DNA of 64,000 bases from Phoronis australis (lineage: Eukaryota > Animalia > Phoronida): assembly GCA_002633005.1 (NCBI GenBank), contig NMRA01000249.1, positions 437,680 to 501,679 on the forward strand, in the 5' to 3' direction. Under the pieces are notes generated by a model that saw nothing but the letters and a program-made list of their open reading frames with translations, did not search any database and was not told the origin of the DNA. Positions 26,501-39,960 of the stretch are shown here, piece after piece (position 1 is the first letter of the stretch; each line of letters starts with the position of its first letter). The position numbers and the translations under genes were made by a program.

Positions 26501-29500
26501 CTGTTTATCTGATTTTGTAATCTAAAGTGCTCTTGAAGTTTGAATGCACTGTCCTCCTGTCCGTTGTCACCGCATGTACAATAAATGGTGGAATTGTTGC
26601 AAAAGCTATTGATTCGCTTATTTTTGTTGTCTTTTTAAGTAGCCGGCTACACCTTTTTAATCTTTAAACGAAAAAAGACGTTGTAATCCGTTTCAGTAGT
26701 CTTCATGCAAGGTTTTTATGTCTTTGGCCTAGTATATTGTGCATATATTCAGTTTTCTGAAATAGACTGTTGGATACATTAAGACCTGGTTTTACAAATC
26801 CGAAATCATTAGGTGCTTGTCCATACAATAGTTATACTATTTGACCATAAGGTGAAGCAGCTGGCAACCAATATTATAAAACCATCAAAGTATCAGTTCA
26901 TTGTAATCCAAGAACCAATAGCTACCCCACCTGGCGTTCGTCGGTAAAATGACCAAAGAGCGAATACAGTCACTCAATTTATATTGATTAAATTGTCATG
27001 TGTTGAGAAGTAGGGGGCGTTCTGAGCAACAGTAATACTTAGCCAATCACAAACTGAGAAATCTATTTATGTACCACAGTAGGTGAAGATTGTACATCTA
27101 TTGCAGGTATAAGAATAAGCCCTCGCCTTATTGTTAAAAGGTAGCGATAATACGATTTATTCTAAGTAACTGAAGTAGTCAATCTTTAAGTGACACTCTC
27201 GGCGAGAAACGTAACTTACTGACACTACCAGAACACATTAGTTCTTTGGTAGCTGTCAAACGCTCTGCCGCTCAGCCAACGTTCACGTGCCAATCAGCAT
27301 ACTGTATCAGGACTTTTGGAGACACAGGCCTGGCTTTGATTCAATACTTAACAGACAACAACGAGAATTGTAATCATAAAAATTGTTTGGTTTTATAGCT
27401 AATGACTTCAAACATATGTTTTTCTCCCGAAAAAAGATAATGTCTTTTTAAATCTGATCACAAGAGCCAGACACTGAAAATCTTTGCATACATGTACATA
27501 ACTACTGCTTCAAAGTATTTCAAGCAGTATTTCCATGGATCCAGGATAATAATCAAATTGCTGAGGATTTGATAAGTCAAGTGTAGCCAAGAATTGCGAA
27601 ATTTTGACTCAAAATTCCTGGTGTTTTTTTTGAAAAAATAGGTGCTTAAAGGGTTTCGTCAATAAAGTTTTGTAAAAGAGGCTTTCCTTGTCAATGTACC
27701 AAAGAGGCTGCTTTGTTAAGTTAGTGTTAAAAATAAACAGACGAGGCTCTCAGCAAATTCTTCTTAAGGCAATTTTGATTAATAATATTTCAGTTTCCAT
27801 TTTGAATGTTTCAACTAAACTTTGATTGTCTGTATATACCAAATACAAGAAAGATTTTGAAGCACCACTTACGTATTTGAATAACATGTTTCAATTAACA
27901 CAATTCATGTGTTATAGTCAAAAACGAACCTTGTTTCAAATAATTTTCAAATAATCAATTCTGCCGTTGCCAGAGAAATTTCAGAAATTTGTATTGATTC
28001 AAATTGGTGGATACGGATTTCGCAGAGTTAAAACATTTAAGACACGATGTGGAATTTGATTTATATCCCGTTCTAACTTCGCAGCCACAAGTTCAGTTAA
28101 CCACAGATGCGAGTCAACAGGTAACATTTATCCTTACACAAGGACACTCGGTAATAAACACATCGGGACAGAGTTCGGTAACGATTGGATCTCCCTAAAA
28201 AGCACGACCTCGCTAGATTACGGGCAATATCTCCATGTATTTTAAATGAGAGTACGTGATTTTGGCTGGATTTTACGGAGGTCTTAGCGTATACCCTAGC
28301 GTTATTGAACTCTACCCTGGGCTCTGGGATGCGCACGCATCGAATTTCGCTATTCGTAAACCGGGCCATTTTGCATAACTCTCCAGTTTAAGGAATAAAC
28401 TTCCCTATACAAGTATAAAAGCGGAGTTTTCGGAAAGCTTCCTCGCTACAAAAATTCATGGATATTGCTTTCCCTTTGGTACAACGTAGCGAAATGACTG
28501 TTCTACTGCAAGAAGACATGGTCGGGATGGTTGGCTTCATGCACTGTTCGAATATTCCTTTAAGTCGACATTCTTTGTCATGAGATGAATTGCTTGTTAA
28601 AAATAGCATCTTCGTGACGACAGGGTCACATTACCTTTTACCGAGCATTTTGTCGTCTGGTATTTTCTGTTTTGCCCGTCGTAGCGTAGTCGAGTATTGT
28701 AACTCCCGATTTTACAAATCTTGGACGACAAATGGTAGAGGAGATTTCAAAATGAGAAGAGTTTCAGTGAGAAGAAGTGTAGGGACATGGAACTCACGGC
28801 TCAACATCACGAGCTGAAGGTCGCATTTGGTACCTGAAATTTGGAAATGCGAGCTGAGAGTTTGGCAATCACGTAGCAAGTTCCAAAGTGCGACCAGGAA
28901 TTTTCAACGCATCCGAGCTGAGATTTTACACTTCTTAGCAGATATCTGGCAAATATAAAGCACTCGTGTTAATGTTACAGTTATATGGTTGTTCCTAAAT
29001 CAAGTTCGAAAGAACACTAACCGAGAACATCCCTCCCGATGACTTGTAAGCACGTCACTTGGCAAAATTCCAGATGCGTCATAGAAAATTTCGGACCACG
29101 GAATAACACGTCATCAACTGTCATAAAACCGGTGTTTCTAATAATTCCTACATAATCAGATTACCAAATATATTGTGGCGAAAACATATTCATTTTTCAC
29201 GTAAGATGTCTGTCGAAGTAGCTTTTCATGAGCACGTTGAAGCAATTATCACCATTGACGCGCACAATAGAAAACGCGACTATAAAGCGCGATTAGTATT
29301 AATACTACTACTACTACCATTCTTCAACTGTGGAGAAACGTGTCTAAAATGTTCAAGGACAACAAGCGATCGCCCCATCTATCGGAACAATGGAAAACTA
29401 AGCTAGGTACCGTAAAAACTAAAAAACCGTTCCATGATATCCCAGGGGCGTGGCTTAACTAAGATAATATCAGAAAATAGACTAGAACAGTACGAAAACA

Positions 29501-29599
29501 TGTATGAAGGTCCTTGATACTACTAAATTCGCCAAAGTCAATGTAAATCACTGGAAAATACAGTGTCTTACGAAATGTCTGTTCTCCGTTACGAAGTAA

Positions 29600-30960
29600 T
29601 AGTATGAGTTTGGTTATGGGCTTCTTAAAAAATCACCTCTAGGATATCTAACATCAACAATATGAACTAGATTATCAGCACTAGCATAAGTGTCTACTAT
29701 CTCAGCTAGTTTCTATTAACCATCGTTTCACGTTGTCTTCAATGACCAAGACAACGTCACCACGCTGGAAGTTTTCTGTCACAGAAGACCATTTTCGACG
29801 TGGAGACAACTCCTGAATGTTCATGATCCAACGTTTATAAAATCCATCGACCATCCCGTTGCAAAGTTCACACCATTTCCTTGAGTCCCCAGCCTAGTCG
29901 TTGCATGGAATCGACGGGGAAGGTAGAGAACCTCTGCCAACAAACAAGTGGTTAGGAGTGATGGGAGGCTCATCCAAGAGTGCACCGACATCGCAGTAAA
30001 CCAGATATCTAACCGAAAACTGTTCCCTATTCAACAAAGGAAAGCTCGTCTCCTTGTACAAGATGTTTCATCGACTTTTTGACTTCTTGAGCAAGCTGTT
30101 CTACAGCGCCTTGCTGATGGGGTACACTTGGTGGTCCGAATTTCCATTCTGCACTGTAGCGGTTTCCGAGAGCCTGAATCTGACCCTTATGTGAGCGAAG
30201 CAACAAGCGGTTGACTTCGTTGTTAGCACCTCGGAAACAGAAGGCGTTGTCACTGATCATCAGTGACTATGCTCCACGAATGCTGACGAAACGTTCAAAA
30301 AATCAGGTTCGGGTCACTAAATTCGATTTCACTCCGAGCACAACGTATCCAATATAATTTAGCTCCTTTCATCCTCGCACGGGATGGCTACTCCGCCACT
30401 TGAGTTGTTAGCTGCTTCAGCCACTGAGAGCTAGGTAGGTCTTTCAGAGACAGGATACGGACATTCACAATTAATAAACGTGACCAGCGGGAGAACCTCT
30501 TAGGGTCGACGGATGGACTATATGTGACATTGGTTGCATAAGACTGTACATTAAGGACGTGAAATTTCTTCTGTGCGCAGTCGTCTGGGATCACAATCTT
30601 CTTAGGTGTCGTGGACCACTGGTCTGGTGGAATTTTCAGGTATTCGGGGCCATTGATGACCTTCTGCATCTCTGGAACAGTACATCCACGTTGGTGATGT
30701 TCTGTCTGCCTCGAAAAAATATCACTTCTGTCACAGGATTGAAAGCAGTCGTAATTTCTCCTATACATTGAGCCACATACGATTTGTAGGAATTTGACTG
30801 GCCATGTAATTTCGAACCTCAAAGCGTTCTCTACAGTATGGGCCATTATTTTGCGCATAATTTCTGACTTACCCAAAAATAAGCAGATTCTTAGCTTACG
30901 CATCATTGCGGAACTCTCCCAAGACTTTTGTGACCAGTAATCGGCAGTTCCTCGACTGAA
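29600..30960 (-). mobile_element. BEL/Pao LTR retrotransposon relic (RNase H-integrase region)
   Basis: Minus strand: GPEYLKIPPDQW, DPKRFSRWSRLL, ISDNAFCFRGA, WKFGPPSVPHQQGAVEQL, PITPNHLFVGR and RRKW...FQRGDVVLVIE, typical of Pao integrase and its C-terminal extension. Frameshifted and internally deleted. Confidence 0.85.
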
Positions 30961-31198
30961 TTGATATTGAACTTCGCACCGGATGAATTATTTGCTACCA
31001 ACCGCTTCCTCGTAATTTGTGACAGCCTGTACATATAAGACAGTGAATCAATCAGATGTCGAAGTCAATCAAGTGCAGCCAATGGGAAATTTCTGCGTGA
31101 TTCGTGCAGAAACTGCGTTCAAGAATCCATTCAATCCGATCACACGGGATTTGAAAACATGCGAATTGCTTTCATTTTTTTGAAAACATTTCACCGAA

Positions 31199-31271
31199 AT
31201 GTATGAGTTCGATGCATTTCGCATATGCCCTATACTAGCTAGTATTTCAAATTTCGTACACGTTACAGACG
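31199..31271 (+). CDS. Gene 2 candidate first coding exon: MYEFDAFRICPILASISNFVHVTDG (weak signal-peptide-like)
   Basis: aaATG start and consensus donor 31271|gtaagt in phase 1, compatible with exon 32470. Hydrophobicity is only moderate. Confidence 0.45.
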
Positions 31272-32469
31272 GTAAGTAATGTCGGATAATTCATTCAATT
31301 TTATTGATTTATGTAGATGGAGTGGAGGTTAACCTGATCACTTTAAGACACTCCTTTTTCCATGAAGTGTATACATAACACCTGATCTGCAACCCACCTG
31401 ATCTTCCTAACATGTCAACTCGGTGATCCAGTTCAAACCACAGGCACTCGAATTTCCCCATGACCCTTAGCCATTTATAGTATTGAGTGATGTCATTTGC
31501 GATCGAGGAACATATAAACTCAAGCGCCTGTGGTTCAAACAGAGCTAAAATATCATCTTAGTATTCCCCGATTGTGTGAAATTGGCATAAACTGGAAAAA
31601 GGGCCTACAGTAGGGCAACAAATTTGTTGAGACTGCCTTTACAAACCAGTCATGTGCGGTCTTATACATTCGGTTATATTTCGTTTCCTATCTCTTTTCT
31701 ATGACAACGAAGAATCAGGTAGCCTCAATTGTATGCTCATAAGTTTTCACCTAATGGGGTCATATCGTGGTAAGTAGTGGCCAGAATGGCAGTCAATGAC
31801 CCACACGAATGCCTTAATTCATGATTTCATGGCTAGGCGAAAAATGCAAATTGAGCAGTGACAATTAAAATCAAATGGTTAAACGTCGAATCGTTGAGTG
31901 AATAAGTTATAATCACCGTGTCATTTTTCAGATAAATATCTTCACCCGATCGCAAGTTCGGTGTATTGCAATGTCCAGTTAAAATGATATTAAGTTATCC
32001 ACTCAACGAACATTTTGCCTCCAGACAGCGGGTTTCTTCTGATTTATGTCAATTTCACAACTTTCTGTTCATTTTATTGCTGGGTCTTCATTGACTTTAT
32101 GTATTGGATAACGTGAACTTGAACTGAAAGATTTCGGATGTCAATACATGATATTCAAGCATAGCTGGGCACCTCTAAACAATTCAACGTTTGTTTCTTT
32201 TTTGATTCTCACTCTGAGGACTTACCAATTCTGTGTGCATGAAAAATGTTTCGACATGTCAACCTTACATCTGAGAGGACTTTCCAGTCCGTTTAAATAC
32301 ATGTAGGGCTACATGCATTCAGTCATGATTTAGTATTTTTGTGACTCAAATGTAGATTCCGAAGCGCTTGTTCACCATTGTTTGTTGAAATCATGTAACT
32401 ACTGGTAGCTCCGATATTCGAATTTTACCTGCCACGCTCTGCAACCAATATATTTTTTTTTCATTTCAG

Positions 32470-32514
32470 GCACTAAAGGTACATTTTCCTGTCCGTCGAG
32501 CGACTTTTTTGCAG
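32470..32514 (+). CDS. Gene 2 (8-Cys-domain protein, paralogue 2) exon A: xTKGTFSCPSSDFFA
   Basis: Acceptor ttttcatttcag|32470 and donor 32514|gtagga; 45 nt, phase 1-1. Paralogous to 599-655. Confidence 0.8.
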
Positions 32515-32605
32515 GTAGGAAATAAGTACAACCGTCAATTTACCCCACAAGGCCAAGATTGATATCAAGACTGTGCTTTCCAGCGAACTTACACTTTTCT
32601 TCCAG

Positions 32606-32817
32606 AGAGCAAGGCCTATCTTGAATGGGTGGTGCCGATATGCGCTCTAAACGAGGTCGGCGAATTTGACAAATCCTTAAGCATTCCCGACGAGTGCCTA
32701 CGCAGCGGAGGGCATTTTAAAAAAGCTCTAAAATTCGCCCAGGTGGTGGAGTTAGTGGTTATGGATACGTGCTCAAATATATCTCTTGGCCATGCATGTG
32801 ATTTGAGCCGGATAAAC
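32606..32817 (+). CDS. Gene 2 exon B: ESKAYLEWVVPIC...IPDECLRSGGH...DTCSNISLGHACDLSRIN
   Basis: Acceptor cttttcttccag|32606 and donor 32817|gttagt; phase 1-0. Paralogous to 1814-2001. Confidence 0.85.
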
Positions 32818-33464
32818 GTTAGTATCTGATGTTATTTGTAAAGGAGTAGTTTTTTGTGTTTTCCTCTAAACACGGAACGTTGAGAAGAACCAAATGATTG
32901 CCCGTGTGACGTCACACTGGCACCAACTTAAAACGTGTTTGCTACTAAACAATTTAGTTAAAATGATTTTAAAAGTTAAGTTTGGTTAAAGCTGCATGTC
33001 ACGCTATAATGGCAAGGGACATTGCCAAACTGGTTTTATGCGATTAAAGACCTAGTTTGATTTTCATTTTTACAGCAAATTATCCTGATTACCAAATCCG
33101 GGTTTTACATGAGGCAACGATGCAGAAGGGAGATGAAGCCAAATGTCGCATGTGAACCATGTTCTTTGTAATGATTCATATTTCAGTACTTCTCACTTTA
33201 CCCATGATGAGAAGAAGCGTCATTCTCATTTTGGGTTTAAAAGAACAACTCAATTAACATGAAATGGGATAATTTCTATGCTTTCAAAGAATTTAAATTT
33301 TGACAAATATTTTGAGGCATTTTGCTAATCCACTTCCCACTTACTCGAAATACGTTTAACTTTTTGCTACGCCACAACTCGTTAAAATAAGTGAACGGAA
33401 AATAGCTTGCTTTAAAATTACCACTCGTTCTATTGATTATATTTAGCTATTATTTAATCTTCAG

Positions 33465-33648
33465 GGAACCTGCTATCGAGCGGTGATCCGTCTACACTCA
33501 ACGATGAAGGAGAATTTTGAATATTGCACCCAGTCAGCAGCCGGGCAGTTAGGGCAGGGATTGGGCTACATTTTGAGCAACGACACAGAGAGCAATTGCC
33601 CCCGCGCAAAAGCTGGTGGTGAGACGAGGTTCGCTATGGTTGCAAACG
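33465..33648 (+). CDS. Gene 2 exon C: GTCYRAVIRLHSTMKENFEYC...SNCPRAKAGGETRFAMVAN
   Basis: Acceptor tttaatcttcag|33465 and donor 33648|gttagt; phase 0-1. Paralogous to 9396-9570. Absent from the ORF track. Confidence 0.85.
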
Positions 33649-34733
33649 GTTAGTAGCAGGAGTGTTGAGATTTCTTGGCTCATTTAAAATTATGCTTATT
33701 GTTTCAGCAACAGTATGTCCTGTCTACGCACTCCATAAACCACGTGATATCGACGTCGTATACATTGTACGTCCTTACTTGTCAAGTCCTTCGCTTGTGT
33801 CAGGACTCTCGATTCTTCAATCTTTGGCCTTCGTCTCGCAACATCATCGCAATGTCCCACTTTTTGAAAAATGCGACAAACGTTTCGTATATTTTGTCCG
33901 TATTTATGTGATTTAGCCCCACTTCGCTCATGTTTTATTTGAAGGCTTGATCAAGAAAAAAACGATCACCTATATTTTCGTGCTTTGTGAAAGCGGAAGG
34001 GTTTGTCGCCGACTAATCAAATGTTAAGATTGGCATTGCCAACTTGGCAAAACATTAGTTTTTTGAGAAAATTACAACTGACGATTTTGGACCTGGATCT
34101 GACTTGTTCACAACGTCTTCTTTGTGTGAGCGAAATCACCAAAGTAACACACTGCTCGCGTTTGGTCTGGTACTCCGTGTACAACAGTTTACTGCGGTTC
34201 ATCGCGTCAGAGGTCATCCATATTTACTGAAAGTTCAGCGCTTAGTTTTGTAGCATAAATTTTGTTGTGTAGAGGAACGGCTTCTTTTATGAATTAAGAA
34301 ATTGAGTTTTTTCCAGGCAAGTTCTCGAAATGAATTAATAATGTGAAATATTTGCTTCGTTCGGAAAAGTAATCACAGAACTTTGCACAGGTGCATGTAT
34401 ACGTTCATTGCCAACGAACCTTTTTGAGACGCCTACGTAATCACCAGCGTCTATACATGTACGTTGTAGGATCAAGGTTCATTTAGGTACATGTACCTTC
34501 GTGCTTGACTTCCGTGAAGAATCCGATCAAATTAACTCACCATGGCTTGCAAACCGAAACAACACAACAATCAATTGGTGTTGAGAGATATTGTCAGGTT
34601 CCTTACTAACATAAAAGTCAGTCTTTAAATGAAGACATCCGCCACAATTCGACATTTGTCCAGGGTCCTACATAACCAGCTCGATGTTTAAGATCTAAGC
34701 ATACCTATTACGTCGTCACTCGTTGTTCCATAG

Positions 34734-34934
34734 CTGTGAACAGCAAGTGTAGTACCAAACCAGTGATTCCAGAGTACGGCCGCGTCGTCAGCCTACCAAG
34801 AGCAGTTTACTATGTCAACGACGTCTTTCGTTATGAATGCGACGAAGGTTTTGTAATGGATGGTTCTCCTTTAGTGAATTGTCGTGCAGCTAATACCTGG
34901 GCGGATGTACCGCGTTGCATAACAGATAATCAAA
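34734..34934 (+). CDS. Gene 2 exon D: Sushi/CCP (SCR) domain
   Basis: C-STKP-VIPEYG...YECDEGFVMDGSPLVNC...W..VPRC matches the CCP consensus (4 Cys plus Trp). Acceptor ttccatag|34734 and donor 34934|gtgagt; 201 nt, phase 1-1. Confidence 0.9.
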
Positions 34935-34962
34935 GTGAGTACTACTTCCGCATGACTATATT

Positions 34963-37900
34963 TAGCGGAGAGGGAATTCTTGAAAATCGCGCACTTTGTG
35001 ACAAGTTTCTGAAAATTGGTACAATTTTAGGAATAGGTAAAACATCTCTAAAAAGCACCGCAAACAAACTGTGCTAACCCCCTAGTGGCCGCTACGCACA
35101 AAATCCAACATGGCCGCCGAAAATGGAATTTGGCATATCTCGACTATCATCATCACCAGATCATGTTGTAAATCAATGTTTTCAATATTTTTGGGTTCGG
35201 GGAGTTTATTTCTGGTGTTAGTTTTATGATTTGAGGCCATTAAAATATTTTTACACTTTCTATGAACTGAAAATACCAAACGCTTGTTCCTGCGCAGCTC
35301 CACTCTTGCATCTATTGGTTATATTATTTTTGTTGGTTTGAATGAGGCTGCATATAATTCTCAGAAGAAAAAATGCAATGGCGGTACCCTGATTAAGTCG
35401 GTGAATCAAAAAGGGTATACCTATGCTTCATGGGCATGCTCCACATCGAAATGGCATCTCAAGAGAGTGAAGGTGAACTATTGGACGGATCTGGATGGGA
35501 CCGCATGTTCTCCATAGACAATGTCTTCACTCCTGGTGTTGCACCATCTCCTCTGGGTGGAAAGCATGTCAAGCGTACCAGATGTGCATACCAACTCACT
35601 CTGGCTTAATGAGTTAAAGAAACAGGCATATGATGATGAGTACTGTCATGAAAAGTCTGGACCTCACGAAAGCTTTGATATGTGGGAAAAACGAGTCTGC
35701 AATGCTCCAACAGTTTGTTACTGGAAAATTATAAGAGACTACCTGCTAATTAACTGTCGCTTCATTCGAGGTCAGAGACTGGGCAATTGGCCATTGACTT
35801 TAAAAGCCCATGTGAAGAATTGTGTCCATGGTTTTTTTTTTGCATTTGGACATACGAATTACGCTGGATGCCTTTTTCTTGAGAGTCATGGTACAACTTC
35901 CACAGACCCACCCTTCAGTGGACGAAGATTTCATGGAAGGGAAATTTATTGTTCAATGTAGTGACTGGAAGTTTTCTGTGCCCTGAGCCAAGAGCACAGT
36001 ATGAAGTTCTTGAAGGAGGACAGTGGTGCAAAGGGACTCTACAAGAAGACAAGTAATGATTGAGCTCTTAAGGTCAGAAGTGTTGAGGTTAATTGATGAG
36101 TTTGAGGATGTATGCTTCTCAACATCAAGAAACAATGACAATCTGAAGCATCCTGAGTCTTCTATTGCTGAACAAAGAAAGTTTCTGAAGGACCTCAAAG
36201 CTCTCTGCGACCTTGTGAAGGAGGGTCGAGTTGTCAATCCGTTCAAGGAGACTTGCTCAGATATTATTACCTTGGACACTGGTGAGATCATAGATCCCGA
36301 GATCATCAACTGCCTTAGGGAACATCCGAACATTGGTCAAACCAAATTCACAGAGATTGTTACCAAACCATTGTCTGACATAAACCCAATGACCAACTTG
36401 TTTACTTTCGCCAACAGACCACTCACTGATTTGAAAAAGAATATTGACAGGCTGGGATCTGCCAAAGCGAATACGGCTATCATCATTAAGATGTTTATGT
36501 CACTCCAAGCACGTCCTGGAATAGAGATCGTAGAGTTTTCAAACACGAAAATCAGCGTAAACCCCCATCTTTATGCGGTAGAGGTAAACTTCTGTCAGGA
36601 ACCATATCTGATGTTCTTTCATGTCTGCCTGGCATGCCCGTTCCTGGCCGATCTCAAGCAGTCAAAGGAGCTTCTGTGGTTCTCGATGTGGCCGTCACAA
36701 TAGATCTTATATAACCCCAGCGTGCAAAAGTGTTTGGGGAGTATACAAAGATGCAATTGGTGCTACAAGTGCAAAGCCAGATGGCAGAGAGCACAAGAAG
36801 AGTGGATGCAGTCTGGGACACATACGGAGAGGATAGTCTGAAGTCATAAACTCATGTGAAGCGTGGCGAGACTGAATGGCGACAAACACGGGTTTCGGCT
36901 AAGATACCAATGCCCTGGGGAACTCAGTGGCAGACATTCCTCAAAATTGTTAAAACAAGGACGAGCTCTTCCAGTTCGACATCGACGACCTTCTGGGCAT
37001 CACAGCTGATTCACAGTACCAACTTCGTACAACAAATGCCGACCTAATATTCAGCAGCAAACCAACAGACGTATCACCGTTGTTTCCATGGCTATAGACA
37101 GTAGCTGACACGAGGATGATGATGCATTTGCAACATGCAGCTGTTCAGGATGACACCAAGGCTTACCTTAGGACAGTTGTCAGTGTCGCGGTGGTTCTAG
37201 CAGTCAGCTTTTTTCACAAGCAAGGCCTCTAAGAGTTGTGAATTGGATTTGTATCTGGAAAAACTATAAGGATATTTCTATCCACCAAATCTCTCCAAAC
37301 CTTGAGCCGCAGAAATGTGAAGTACTCCCACTCTTCCATCTACTGACAGGTTGTGATGTCGTCTCAGCAATGTTCGGGATTGAAAAACCATGGAATGCTT
37401 GGGCTGCTTTCCCCGAGGTCACAAATACCTTTATTGCCATCACTTATGACCCAACTACCCTCACACTTGACTCGATTCTTTTACGACACCTTGAACGCTG
37501 AATAGTACTAAAATACAGTAAAAACTGAGGGACACACCCTGTGAATGACGCATGAAAGCTTCTGTTCACCCATGGATTCAAGACTCCTGAATCACTACCA
37601 CCAACACAGCATGCTTCATTCCAACATGGTAAGCGTTCCCTGCTCCCTGCAGGTTTGTTTGGAAACAGTCTCTTGCCAATAAAACCCCAGATACCAAACC
37701 ATGTCTATGGGATTGGAAATGGAATGCTAGAGCTACAAAATGAGTGCCATATTGGTCAGATCTGGAAGATGTAAGCCAGTTGTGTTCGCTACTTGTAGCT
37801 GTGTTGTTGCCTGCAAAGGCAATTTTAAGTGCCACCGAGCTGGACTTGGCCGGTGTACCACAGTGTGAAAATGTGAAGGTGACTGCACCAGCAACGACTC

Positions 37901-38361
37901 TTCATCTTACTCAATATCTAGTTGTTTTATAAGTTAGTATGCATACATGATACAAACTAGCAGCCACCAGTGTTTGGTAGACAATTCTGTTCATTCAGTT
38001 ACGAGGACAAAAATAAATTTGAGTTATTTGTGAATGACATTTGCTTTGAAAGTATCGTTTTGCGTTGGAATTGACCCCAAAACATAAAACTAGCACCAAA
38101 AATGAACTTCTCACCCCCCAAAATATTGAAACGATGATATCACAATTTGTTCTAGTGATAATAATAGCCAACCTATGCCAATTTCCATTTTCGGCGGCGG
38201 CCATATTGGATTTTGCGCGTAACAACCACCAGGGGGTAAGCACACTTTGTTTGCGGTGTTTTTTGAATTTCTTTTGGTTATACCTAACAGCGTACCAAAT
38301 TGCAAAAACTTGTCACAAAGTGCCAAATTTTTGCAAATCTGCACATATTCCCTCCCCGCTA
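34963..38361 (+). mobile_element. AcademX-type DNA transposon (3.4 kb, internally deleted and decayed)
   Basis: ATT|TAGCGGAGAGGGAAT...ATTCCCTCCCCGCTA|ATT gives a 3-bp TSD, TAG/CTA ends and ~290-bp imperfect TIRs. Broken ORF pieces include RGQRLGNW...FFAFGHTNYA (transposase region), ADTRMMMHLQHA and LPLFHLLTGCDVVSAMFG (XPG/FEN1-like nuclease), LPPT, and a C-terminal Cys cluster at ~37790-37890. Confidence 0.85.
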
Positions 38362-38569
38362 ATTTGAAAACGCAGGTTTTTTTTACCGTCAACACTTCCT
38401 TACACACATTTCCGCAAAAACCAAAGAGACGAAACGCAAGAATTGGAAAACGCGAACACTAAAAAAGCAGTTTTCTAACTGCAAATGTCATACACGCTTT
38501 ACCTAAAGTGCATACACTGTATACAGTATGCGTGTAAGCGCACATGTAGGCGCTTTATGCTGTCTGTTA

Positions 38570-38990
38570 CCGTTGGCCAAATAGGTGAACGTTACGCTGT
38601 TAAATTGGGTGCATAAGTTAATTCTAGAAGTAAAAAGTAATAATTTGCTGGGTAAATAAACTTATTGCACCACAAAAAATACTTTATGAGGCAAATTATT
38701 ATATTATGCCGTAAAATTACGCGCGTAAATAAGTTTTTGTTCGAGGCGTAAAGTAATTATTTAGAGAATTCATTTTTGCTGTGAAAAGTAACCTTTAACG
38801 GCGTAAAGTAATTATTTGCTTTTCACAGCTGGAATAATTACTTTATGCCGCAAATAATTACTTTACGCAGTAAATACTTACTTTACACTGTCAAAGTTAC
38901 TTGACGCCTCTAGAAATGCTTAACCTCTCTAACAAGAAGTAGCTTACGCACGTAGTTAAATGCCGTTACGTTCACCCATTTGCCCAACGA
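38570..38990. mobile_element. TA-flanked MITE (Tc1/mariner-type) with internal ~21-bp repeats
   Basis: TA|ccgttggccaaataggtgaacgttacg ... cgttacgttcacccatttgcccaacga|TA. Internal aaagtaattattt / aataattacttta repeats occur in both orientations. Confidence 0.7.
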
Positions 38991-39299
38991 TAGTCTGCCA
39001 CGTCTGCAAGCCCGGCGCCTGCAGAACACTAGTGTCTCCATAAACATATTTAAGAGTGTCAGTGCAATTCTGCAGAACTATCCTGCTATGGATGGGTCGG
39101 CACGACCTAATTTTGGAAAGTTAAATGTCGTGTCTCTTCGGTTGCGAGCAGCAACTTTTTTTCTGCTCTTCTGTAATCAAAGTATCCGACTTCCAATAAC
39201 AGGGCTATTGTTATGTCTCAGTCAAATGATTTCTACATCACAAGTTCTCGGAAACACCCCGTATTAATAACTGACGATCAAATTTCATTATGTACGTAG

Positions 39300-39407
39300 A
39301 CACGGCAACTATTGTTAACGGTCCCAAAAGCGATGGCACTATGCAAGTTATTAGGCCTACATCCCCATCAGTGTCGTCGTCCACTTCCCGGGATCGAGAT
39401 GCTGACG
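39300..39407 (+). CDS. Gene 2 exon E: Ser/Thr/Pro-rich linker NTATIVNGPKSDGTMQVIRPTSPSVSSSTSRDRDAD
   Basis: Acceptor tgtacgtag|39300 and donor 39407|gtaagt; 108 nt, phase 1-1, open frame. Confidence 0.6.
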
Positions 39408-39960
39408 GTAAGTTATATGTACATCGATCATAAAAAAGAAATTCATGTATGATCTGGTACGCGTTTCGCAGACGCAGGGCACTCACGACCAAAGCTAGTG
39501 TGATCATGTACAGTACTTCGCTAGTAATGCATGGTGATGTCTACGATGATTTGCACTTAAGCGAGTTTCTTGCGTCAACGGAACGCAGCCCTGGATAAAG
39601 GAACGAAACTACAAATTTTAGATTGTGGGTGTCAAACATAACTTACCTTATTAGTAATATGACAGGCAGATACATTTATTTTTTGGAGTTTTTTGAAGGC
39701 ATTTTCTGTTGATTAGACGGGTTTTACAATGATGAAAATGTTGAGTTTAAAATAAGTCGAATTCGAACCCATGACTAGTAGTCGCAATCCGAGTCCCTTT
39801 TGCTGGGAGCCGAGTATTTTATGCGTCAAGAGGTTGCTACGCCTTGAAATTTGCTTCGTCGTTACGACTATTCATTTTTATAGTTTTGTGTAGCGTCAAA
39901 CTTAAATCTTAGCCTCGTGTCATGCAACAAACCATGAGGAGTAATTTCTTATTTTCATAG

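Noticed and set aside
36023-36703. 226-aa ORF as a host gene
   Set aside because: It lies inside the TIR/TSD-bounded Academ element and is one piece of a frameshifted transposon ORF.
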